Positions 8,600-16,846 of a stretch of DNA of 23,253 bases are shown here, piece by piece. The translations under genes were made by a program, and so were the position numbers. Under the pieces are notes generated by a model. The model searched no databases. It saw only the letters and a program-made list of their open reading frames with translations, and was not told where the DNA came from. Source of the DNA: an uncultured virus (IMG/VR IMGVR_UViG_3300042874_000014) (Duplodnaviria > Heunggongvirae > Uroviricota > Caudoviricetes > Crassvirales); IMG/VR virus record IMGVR_UViG_3300042874_000014, one strand, 5' to 3'. Numbering within the stretch: the first letter of the stretch is position 1; each line of letters starts with the position of its first letter.

Positions 8600-10765
8600 T
8601 TATTTACAAGATATACAATTAGATGGGGCTGTATCACACTCATTACAGTATTCAACAAGCCTTTCAAATATTTTAGCAATGTCTGGTATATTCAATAACT
8701 CAACATCTCTAATTACACTATCTGTGTTGATGTTGAAATTAGGATTACGTGAGCTAATTAAACTAATGTATGTTTGAAACTGCAACATCAATGCGTTTAT
8801 ATCGTAAAATCTAGTTTCTTTGCATCGTGTGTCGATACAACCACAAGCTAATGATTTAATAAGATTAAGCATACATTGATTAAACTTACAGGTAGATATA
8901 AAATAATAAATAGCATTATCTATTTCAATCTTATATATACCATCAGTAGGTAATACGATATCTCTACTAGCCGTAGGTAATAATGTCTCACTGATTACAA
9001 TGTTGTTAAATTGATATTGAGAATCAACACTTGTAACAACAAATGGCATATCGGCTGTTGTTAGATTCTTTACAACTATTGTATTACAAGTCTTACTAAG
9101 TAATAAATGATGAACATGACCATTTATCAATTCTGAATCAGTACATAGTATAAAAGGAGTTAATGTTCCATTTATTGTTTCATTTATACTCAATGTGTAT
9201 TTAACCACATATTGACCTCGTACAGGAGTATTGAAATTAAATACATAATTATCAGGATTAAAGTTATTCATAATCCATTCTGTACCAGTCCACTCGTTAG
9301 CTACAAATTGATACGTTTCGCTCTGTACAACACTACCTGTATAATCTATCAATTCCCATAGTATATCTATTTGATTAAACGGATATATAATACTATCGTC
9401 TCTCCAGAATTTACTAAGTATCGACAAATCCATATTTAATACACCAGTAGCATTATCTACAACTATACAGCTATCTGTACATTCAGCAGCTCCTTCTATC
9501 ATTAGATAGTGATTGAATGTTAAATTAGTCTTTTCTACAAGTCGTTTACTAACCTGACCGTTCACAGTACGACTAACACATACGGTATTCTTTTTACAAG
9601 TAGCACCATTATTAAAATTAAATGTATCAACTACTGTAGTAGTACTATCACAAATTATCTCATAGTAGTTATCTAATTCAGGGTCAATCATACTTTGACT
9701 ATTGAATAGATAAATAGTATTATAATAAGGGTGGCGATATGCGATAAAATCCGAATGCTTACCTTTAGAATAATCATTAGGGGTTGGTAATAATCTATTT
9801 CTAACTTCAGCTTGTACTCCACTTATCACATTAAGGTCGTCAGTTAATACGGCATTATAATAATCCATATATACTGATTCTAATATCGATATTACTGTAC
9901 CAGTAGGTATATGAGTACCATCAAAATCAGTTACATGATTCAAGGTATAAGTATGAACGCCATTATCAAAACTATGAGTGGTACTAACAGCTACTTGTAC
10001 TAACGAGAACGTATTATTATCAAATACGTTTATTGACAATATAGTTATATCAGAATCTATAATTATATATGTACTTGTACCTATTGTTATACCTACAGTT
10101 TGAGCTAAACTTTCGTAATTAGTTATTAAACCATTCTTATTACTAATAATAGGAATATCTGATGCTATTTCGGTAGGATATAACACTATACAAAATTCAG
10201 GACTATGCCATGTAAAATTAGGCTTATTTTGTCCTGAATATACAATATCGCAATTATCGTTAGCTCTTTGTGAATAGTTATGTTTATTATCTTCTACGGT
10301 TTCAGGTATCTCAGTATTATAATAAGGTACTATACCTGTAACATCATATTCATTTCGATTATTTCCTATATCGTACCCGAACACTCTAAAGTTATTTCGG
10401 TATGATTCAAATCTCTCTACTTCTAATTCTAATTCGAAATCAACATAGTTCCATATATTAATCAAAGGTATATTTAATTCTAATCCAATACTACGAAGAA
10501 TACCACCTTGATTATAGACTTTAAGACTTATTGTAGCATTTAATGTATTATGTATAGAATCTTGAATAAGAAAATCATATGGGGTGTTAGCTGTAAATGT
10601 ATTATTAATCTTTTCGAATATGATATTTCCGTTTTGATGTAATCTTATAGTTATAGGTCTAAGTAACCCATCGATTGACATCAAATCTCTAACGTTACTA
10701 CTGTAATCTCTATTGTTAAAACCTACAACAGTATCGGAACTTACTACATTTATTTTACATTTCAT
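8600..10765 (-). CDS. Large Cys-rich structural protein, putative tail hub A-like with extra beta domains
   Basis: 721 aa with 19 Cys. C-terminal LPTDGIYKIEI...CKFNQCML..IKSLACGC...YCNECD...CISCK. First gene after the auxiliary capsid gene, where crAss-like phages encode tail hub proteins. Confidence 0.5.
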   Translation of the reverse strand: MKCKINVVSSDTVVGFNNRDYSSNVRDLMSIDGLLRPITIRLHQNGNIIFEKINNTFTANTPYDFLIQDSIHNTLNATISLKVYNQGGILRSIGLELNIPLINIWNYVDFELELEVERFESYRNNFRVFGYDIGNNRNEYDVTGIVPYYNTEIPETVEDNKHNYSQRANDNCDIVYSGQNKPNFTWHSPEFCIVLYPTEIASDIPIISNKNGLITNYESLAQTVGITIGTSTYIIIDSDITILSINVFDNNTFSLVQVAVSTTHSFDNGVHTYTLNHVTDFDGTHIPTGTVISILESVYMDYYNAVLTDDLNVISGVQAEVRNRLLPTPNDYSKGKHSDFIAYRHPYYNTIYLFNSQSMIDPELDNYYEIICDSTTTVVDTFNFNNGATCKKNTVCVSRTVNGQVSKRLVEKTNLTFNHYLMIEGAAECTDSCIVVDNATGVLNMDLSILSKFWRDDSIIYPFNQIDILWELIDYTGSVVQSETYQFVANEWTGTEWIMNNFNPDNYVFNFNTPVRGQYVVKYTLSINETINGTLTPFILCTDSELINGHVHHLLLSKTCNTIVVKNLTTADMPFVVTSVDSQYQFNNIVISETLLPTASRDIVLPTDGIYKIEIDNAIYYFISTCKFNQCMLNLIKSLACGCIDTRCKETRFYDINALMLQFQTYISLISSRNPNFNINTDSVIRDVELLNIPDIAKIFERLVEYCNECDTAPSNCISCK

Positions 10766-10782
10766 ATCGTTTAGTATTTAGT

Positions 10783-10817
10783 AAAAAAGGGCTTATGCTT
10801 TTTATAACATAAGCCCT
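10783..10817 (-). terminator. Rho-independent terminator closing the capsid gene block
   Basis: Minus strand AGGGCTTATG-TTATAAAAAG-CATAAGCCCT followed by a T run. Perfect 10-bp stem 23 nt after the auxiliary capsid stop codon. Confidence 0.85.
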
Positions 10818-10840
10818 CGTAATTAAACTTATAACTATTA

Positions 10841-11791
10841 TTACAGAGCCATCATATTAGTCAAGATGGTCATTATTGTAGTAGTAGCAGCATTACCTGT
10901 TCTACAAGCTACTTCAATAACACCTCGATTGGTAGGCATAGGCTGTGAAAAACTAGCAGGTTGTAGGTCTTGACTCATGATAGTTACAACATCATAAGTA
11001 AGAGTGGTATCAACCATAGTTGGCATAGTAAACATACCTTGAATAGGACGCTCAGTGTGTTTACCACCGATACCATTAAAGTATATACTTTCCGATTCTA
11101 ACAATTGTGGAACTGTACCTACACCAATTTCTTGAGCTTGTAGTACGGTATAAGTAGGAGTATATACACCATTGATTAACTTACACTCTAGTTTATCAGC
11201 ATTGGCTAATATACCTGAACCCATAGCTCCGAATGATTTACCGGGAGTCTTAGCGGTCATTACTACACCAGTAGCACCAGCTCCATCGTCAGTAGCGGTT
11301 GCAGTTACAGGTGAAGTAGCGTCAGCGTTAATCTTATCCGCTAATTTAGTAGCAATGGTTACAGCATCGTCGGTATCGGTTATTACAATACTGTAATCAT
11401 ATCGATTGCGATATCTGTTATTCAATTGCTCTGAACTATCGGTAACAATAATCGTAGCCTCCATACCAGCTTCTAGTACAGGAAGGTTTAAACTACCAGT
11501 AGTGGCATTATCGTAACCGACAGCTACTTCCTTAGTTTGAGCTACAACGTAATTCTTACGTACACCTTTAAGTGATTTCTTATAGATGGGCTGAGAGTTC
11601 ATAATCTTGCCATCTTTTGTCTTACCTATGATTGAGAAATAGTCCGATACTCCAACAGAACCAGCTGTAATAAGAGCACCGTTAGCATCGTAAAAAGCAT
11701 ACTGACCATTAGTTAAAAGATTAACCTTACTAATATCTGTTGCTGTGGTGGTATAAGCACCTGATGCAGTATATGCAAAGAATTGTTTCAT
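10841..11791 (-). CDS. Auxiliary capsid / capsid stabilisation protein (crAss gene 73-like)
   Basis: 316 aa, Ala/Thr/Gly-rich. IATKLADKINAD..SPVTAT motif, GVGT..QL..E and YDVVTI; position after the ring gene and before a terminator. Confidence 0.7.
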   Translation of the reverse strand: MKQFFAYTASGAYTTTATDISKVNLLTNGQYAFYDANGALITAGSVGVSDYFSIIGKTKDGKIMNSQPIYKKSLKGVRKNYVVAQTKEVAVGYDNATTGSLNLPVLEAGMEATIIVTDSSEQLNNRYRNRYDYSIVITDTDDAVTIATKLADKINADATSPVTATATDDGAGATGVVMTAKTPGKSFGAMGSGILANADKLECKLINGVYTPTYTVLQAQEIGVGTVPQLLESESIYFNGIGGKHTERPIQGMFTMPTMVDTTLTYDVVTIMSQDLQPASFSQPMPTNRGVIEVACRTGNAATTTIMTILTNMMAL

Positions 11792-12840
11792 AATTTACTT
11801 AATAAATTTTCTTGAATAATATTTTTATAATTAACATCGTCTATGTAAGCCTTAATCTTTCTAACAGCTATATTAACAATCTCACGACCATTACGTTTTA
11901 AGTCAGTCATAATATCAAATTCACTATTTATAAGAATAGGCTTCTTTATGTAATGCAATTGTAATTCATCAATATTGAACTTACCATCACTGTATAAATA
12001 TATACGATTAGCTATTCTAGTTAGTAACGGACTATCTTTTTTAGAACGTTCGTAATAATCTCTTTGCATATCGTCTATACTTTCATAGTTAGCGTTTCGG
12101 CAAGGTATGTTTAATATATGACCTGAATCATTGCTTATATCTGAAATCGTGTAATCTAATACCTCAAAGGTATTTGTTAATACCAAACCATTATATTTGA
12201 TATTTACCTTACCTACAAGGTTTGGCGACCGTTTGACAAATATCAAAGTCTTAGGCTTATAAATATTGTCGTATCTTTCATAGTATATGTCTATACTATT
12301 ATTCGGTCTGGCTATAACGTTATTCAATACCATAAATAAAGCATCTAAACTGGCATACCCATTTGGATTTGGATAAACGATTGAATCAATTAATACGTCT
12401 GTGCTCGTTAAATACTCTATACTGAAATTATTAAAAAACGGAGTTGATATATTGCTATCTAATGTAATATAACTAACATATACATTATTGGTAGTGTTAT
12501 GATATACGGGTACATCACATGAATATTCAACTTTAACAACACCTTTAACTAGATATAAAAAATCATTTGGAATCACTACGAAACTACGTGTTTCATCTTC
12601 GTAATTAATATTTAGATAAAGTTTACTGCTTTTAAGTTCTTCAATATCCTCGAATCGTAATAAAGTATTATCGAAACCCTCTTTTATTTTATCACTAATA
12701 GAGTTATCTATAAATTCATAGATAGCATCATTAATAATCCAATCTTTTTCATGAGGTTTAATCGTCGCTACTTTATTACTATTCAAGTATTGTAACGCTA
12801 AGTTGAGAGCAATATGTAACTCTTTAGCAGTTTGATACAT
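11788..12840 (-). CDS. Ring protein (crAss gene 74-like)
   Basis: 350 aa. ELHIALNL.LQ..NSN......PHEKDWIIN.A...FI, GFD...LRFEDI..L, and C-terminal LHYIKKP...EIV.IAV match the gene 74 ring family pattern. Confidence 0.75.
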   Translation of the reverse strand: MYQTAKELHIALNLALQYLNSNKVATIKPHEKDWIINDAIYEFIDNSISDKIKEGFDNTLLRFEDIEELKSSKLYLNINYEDETRSFVVIPNDFLYLVKGVVKVEYSCDVPVYHNTTNNVYVSYITLDSNISTPFFNNFSIEYLTSTDVLIDSIVYPNPNGYASLDALFMVLNNVIARPNNSIDIYYERYDNIYKPKTLIFVKRSPNLVGKVNIKYNGLVLTNTFEVLDYTISDISNDSGHILNIPCRNANYESIDDMQRDYYERSKKDSPLLTRIANRIYLYSDGKFNIDELQLHYIKKPILINSEFDIMTDLKRNGREIVNIAVRKIKAYIDDVNYKNIIQENLLSKL

Positions 12841-12851
12841 TTTATCTTATT

Positions 12852-13844
12852 TTAGAATTTAGAACGATTACTGTATTTAACAATTATCTCTTTATTATCT
12901 GGATTCTTAAACCATTGAACAGCCTCTTCGACATTACGTCCGATTGTATCTTGTGTCATAGCATCTATGATTAAAGTACTACTAGGGTAACGTTTAAAAA
13001 TACCTGATTTAATATATCGCTCAATATCACCACGAATGGCTAAATCTACATCTTTAATAGTAGCTACAAACTTAGCAGGGTTGTTCATAATATATTGTAG
13101 TAACGCTGTTTGCTTACCGATTAATTCAACCTCAACACCGTGAGGTATTAGAACATCGTATAAATTACCAACTTTAACTTTATCAGCGATGATTTCATTA
13201 AATTTAGTACTAGCTGCTACAATTTGGTTATCTTTAGTTACCTTAGCTAATTCTGTATCTATCTTATCTGTAATGTAAAATCTAATATTAGATGATATAT
13301 TTACATCTTGTTCTCGGTTAGATACTTCGTTATTAATCAACGCATATCGCCATATCATGTAGTGTTCAATATTAACAGGTACTACACCCGTTCCAAGAAT
13401 CTCTTCTTCCATATTGATTAACCTAGATGTTCTATCTTCATATAAAGAACGTTGCTCATTATAATCGTTAGTACTTGACATCTTAATGTTATACTCTTTA
13501 CGCAAGGTAGTTTCAGAATCTTTGTACTTAGCTGCTTCATCAGCTGTTTTAAAGCGTAATGATATATCTAAGTCTTTACCTATTACTGGGACGATGATAG
13601 AGAGTGAATCAAAATATTCTTCAACTCTCTTATCATACATCACATCAGTAGAAGCGTTACGAATAATCTTAGAAACTACTTTAGTATTGAAGTTAGGATA
13701 AGCTAATAATTGATTAATAGCTGTCATATTTGAGCCTAATCTACGGGCTCGTGCAGGACGTGATTTAGCATTATAATAATTATAACCTGATGAACTTTGT
13801 CGGTTATTAAGCTTTACGGCACGTGAGTGAATTAATGTAGACAT
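12852..13844 (-). CDS. Conserved crAss protein (gene 75-like), function unknown
   Basis: 330 aa directly after the major capsid gene. PVNIEHYMIWRYAL...V, IRFYI.D and C-terminal IGRNVEEAVQWFKNPDN. Confidence 0.7.
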   Translation of the reverse strand: MSTLIHSRAVKLNNRQSSSGYNYYNAKSRPARARRLGSNMTAINQLLAYPNFNTKVVSKIIRNASTDVMYDKRVEEYFDSLSIIVPVIGKDLDISLRFKTADEAAKYKDSETTLRKEYNIKMSSTNDYNEQRSLYEDRTSRLINMEEEILGTGVVPVNIEHYMIWRYALINNEVSNREQDVNISSNIRFYITDKIDTELAKVTKDNQIVAASTKFNEIIADKVKVGNLYDVLIPHGVEVELIGKQTALLQYIMNNPAKFVATIKDVDLAIRGDIERYIKSGIFKRYPSSTLIIDAMTQDTIGRNVEEAVQWFKNPDNKEIIVKYSNRSKF

Positions 13845-13880
13845 TTCTTTTAAATTAAGTTATTGTCGTTAAGTTATTTA

Positions 13881-15380
13881 TTATCGAGAAGCTAATTTAA
13901 AACAACGTGAACCATCAAGGATATTGATAGAACGAGATTGTTTTACGTGGTATGATGTTTCATCTTTTTCAGTAGCCCATGAACTAGCATCTGGTAATTT
14001 ACCCCAAGATGCAGGTAGTGGAGCAGCTCCTTTAACAACACCTACGATATTAGCTTGACCCTTCATTTGAGCAATAATAATATTACGGTCTCCGTCGTAT
14101 GTAGAGTAGTCCATAAGAACACCTGTATGAGATGACATAGGATAACCTGTACGAGGGTGTAAGTTATTATTCTTACGGTCTAGTTCACCAAGGAATCCAG
14201 TATCGAACATTACGTCATGGATAACAGTTACTAAGTGTCCAGCTGGATTAACAAACTGACGGAAAGAGTTACCATATTTCAAGAAACCATCTTTACCACT
14301 CATTACAAATCTATCACCGACGGCAGTTAAGAAAGCAGAACCATGGCTAACTAATTCACCCATGATTGACTCACCGAAGTCCTCTACGAATCCCATACCA
14401 CCGTGAAAGATAAGTTCTTTCTTACCGCTATCTGATTTACCCCAGAAAGCCTCCGATAGAATATTCTTAACTTTACGTAATGGTAAAGTGAATCCGTAAG
14501 AATCAGCATTGCCCTCTTCCTCGATAGTTTCTTCGATACCTGCACCGATTGGAATAACTTTCTGTGATACTTTATCTCTCAAATGGATTACACCATTAGC
14601 GTCTTTATTGTAACGGCTAAGATATAAATCGTGGTTGTTATGTTCACGAATGTCCAACTCGAATTGACGTTGCTCCTCGTTAATCCATAAACTAGATGGC
14701 TTACCATCGACTGTATCACTACCACTAAATTCAATCTGAACAACTTTGTTAGCTAAGTTACCTTGAATACGCTTACTATATCGTTTAAACGATACCATGT
14801 TAGTCATACGACCAGGTCCCATAACATTACTTCTATTACCTACTGAACCAGATTCCGCAACGTTAGGAGCAGTCATTACCCAAAACTTACCACTAATCAA
14901 ATTAGCGATATCGCAACTAGCATTATAATCAGTTGTTTTCAACTGTAATGTGTACTTGAATCCGTTAACTAAACCGCTAACTTCTTCACCCTCGCCATGA
15001 ACATAAGCATGAGTCTTTCCATCAGGAGCTAACAAACCATACTGTGGAATGATATGACTATCCTTGAATACGACATCGAATGTACTATGTGCATATCCGG
15101 GTGCTGGGTTAGCTGCAACGTCAAATGATACAACCTCTGAAGTATGGTGCATTTCACCCATAGTATCCCAGAAGTAATCACGGTCATTTACATCTTTAAT
15201 ATTACCCTGACCCTCACTCATTGTTAAAAAGCCGAAACGGTTACCGAATTGACCATTACCCCAAAGATGCGTAAGCTTAGTACTAATCTTATCAGGTGTA
15301 CGAAGTATTAATTTATTTAATGAATCTTCGTCAGTGAATTGTTTAGATTCATAGTTTGCACTATATAATTCTCTTAACAT
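13881..15380 (-). CDS. Major capsid protein (crAss-like, HK97 fold)
   Basis: 499 aa. FTDEDSL...THLWG...F.FLTMSEGQG, SVGNRSNVMGPGRMTN, LWINEEQRQF, IPIGAGI, HPRTGYP, DYSTYDGDRNI are all characteristic of crAss-like major capsid proteins. Confidence 0.92.
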   Translation of the reverse strand: MLRELYSANYESKQFTDEDSLNKLILRTPDKISTKLTHLWGNGQFGNRFGFLTMSEGQGNIKDVNDRDYFWDTMGEMHHTSEVVSFDVAANPAPGYAHSTFDVVFKDSHIIPQYGLLAPDGKTHAYVHGEGEEVSGLVNGFKYTLQLKTTDYNASCDIANLISGKFWVMTAPNVAESGSVGNRSNVMGPGRMTNMVSFKRYSKRIQGNLANKVVQIEFSGSDTVDGKPSSLWINEEQRQFELDIREHNNHDLYLSRYNKDANGVIHLRDKVSQKVIPIGAGIEETIEEEGNADSYGFTLPLRKVKNILSEAFWGKSDSGKKELIFHGGMGFVEDFGESIMGELVSHGSAFLTAVGDRFVMSGKDGFLKYGNSFRQFVNPAGHLVTVIHDVMFDTGFLGELDRKNNNLHPRTGYPMSSHTGVLMDYSTYDGDRNIIIAQMKGQANIVGVVKGAAPLPASWGKLPDASSWATEKDETSYHVKQSRSINILDGSRCFKLASR

Positions 15381-15408
15381 AAACTTAAAATTTTAATTGA
15401 TTATTTTA

Positions 15409-16734
15409 TTATACTTTAATTCTATCAGCAGCAGATTTATGACTATTACGTGTAAAAGCTTGGCTGTTAGGTTTAGCCATTTGTTGCTTTCTATTAATAA
15501 TATCAGATACCTTTTTATTAGCTACTTGTTGTTTAATAAACTGTTCCATATCACCACCTAAGAAGAATAACAAATCAGAAAATATACGATACTCTAAATT
15601 GTTTTCAACAGATGCTCTATCTAGTTGTGCTTGACTATAACCCTCAGCCGTTACAGCCTTAGATATATACTTATAAAAGTCATCACGCGATGCTGTTTTA
15701 ATAGCACCCTCTTTGGTCTTAATCTTAAAGTTCTCTGGTATATTAAATCCTAAAGAATCAAACTTACCTGTTTTAATAATAGTGTTTACTCTACTCCAAT
15801 GTTCGTTTATCTTAGCCGATTGTAACTTCTCATTAGCAACACGTCTTTCTTCTAGTGCCGAATCTTCTTTAACCTTAATAGCTTTAAGTTGCATTTGAGC
15901 AGAGGTAGCCTCATCTAATAAAATCTCATTAGTCTTATACATTTCGATAAGTCTATCTATCTGCTGTGGATTACGACCACGTTTAGTTTCGATATCACGT
16001 ACTACTGTTTCCATTATATGAATATCGGTATCTTTAGTGAGAGGTGTTGTAAGTAATGTAACATCTCTGTTATATCCTTTAAGACTACCAACTGCCAACT
16101 TATACTTAAACATATCCTCTAACTCGGGATTCTCTTCGAAGAATGCATCGAAAGCTTTACCGACAGCATTCCTACTCTCCTGTTTAACAATATATGCGTT
16201 CCTAGATGCTAAACCTTCAATTGAATCTTCAAAAGTTATTTCATCACCTTGTTCGTCATAAGCTATTAAACCATCTATTTTAGCAATAGAATCAAGTATG
16301 CCGCTATCTCCAGATGCTTCACCCATTTGTTCAGCTATCTCAGCAGCACTTAGTACTATCTCACCATTGGTATCTACTGCATCACCTGTTGCGTTTATTA
16401 CGTAATCTACATTATCTACTGTAATACTATCACCTTGTTTAAAGCCAACTGCGTTATTATTTGCAGCATCACCGTCGGTATTATTGTTATTATTGTTGTT
16501 GTTGTCAGGATTGATAAAATATTGCAAACCATTCTTAAATTGGTCTGCGGTTACTCCGCTTTCTATAATCCCTTTATCTATTAAATCTTGTAATGTGATG
16601 CTTACGTTATCACCTGTTAAAATACCATCTTTAAAATCAGTTATTTTAAAATCGTTTATCAATACATCTGTTATCGAGGTGTCTGTTATACCCCTATTTG
16701 ATAGCTCTGTATTTATTGAATTGATATATTCCAT
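15409..16734 (-). CDS. Putative capsid scaffolding protein (crAss gene 77-like)
   Basis: 441 aa. Acidic low-complexity N-terminal half, FEDSIEGL..., coiled-coil segment and DFYKYI...GYS; located between portal and major capsid genes. Confidence 0.7.
   Translation of the reverse strand: MEYINSINTELSNRGITDTSITDVLINDFKITDFKDGILTGDNVSITLQDLIDKGIIESGVTADQFKNGLQYFINPDNNNNNNNNTDGDAANNNAVGFKQGDSITVDNVDYVINATGDAVDTNGEIVLSAAEIAEQMGEASGDSGILDSIAKIDGLIAYDEQGDEITFEDSIEGLASRNAYIVKQESRNAVGKAFDAFFEENPELEDMFKYKLAVGSLKGYNRDVTLLTTPLTKDTDIHIMETVVRDIETKRGRNPQQIDRLIEMYKTNEILLDEATSAQMQLKAIKVKEDSALEERRVANEKLQSAKINEHWSRVNTIIKTGKFDSLGFNIPENFKIKTKEGAIKTASRDDFYKYISKAVTAEGYSQAQLDRASVENNLEYRIFSDLLFFLGGDMEQFIKQQVANKKVSDIINRKQQMAKPNSQAFTRNSHKSAADRIKV
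16480..16503 (-). repeat. (AAY)8 trinucleotide tract encoding poly-Asn
   Basis: Eight consecutive AAC/AAT codons (NPDNNNNNNNNTDG). Confidence 0.85.
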
Positions 16735-16846
16735 ATCGTTAAATTGTTTAAATGAATAGCTTATTTATGCTTTATTGGTATGTGTACAAATTAAAGGTAC
16801 AAATCGGATTTACCTAGAATTTGAATTTTGTTAAAAGTAACTTTTA
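16735..16846 (-). promoter_or_regulatory. Candidate promoter/regulatory region for the capsid block
   Basis: 112-nt intergenic gap in an otherwise packed region. Contains the direct repeat ATTTGTAC x2, the palindrome TAAAAGT-N-ACTTTTA, and TACCTTTA (one mismatch to the Bacteroidota -7 element TAnnTTTG). Confidence 0.35.
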
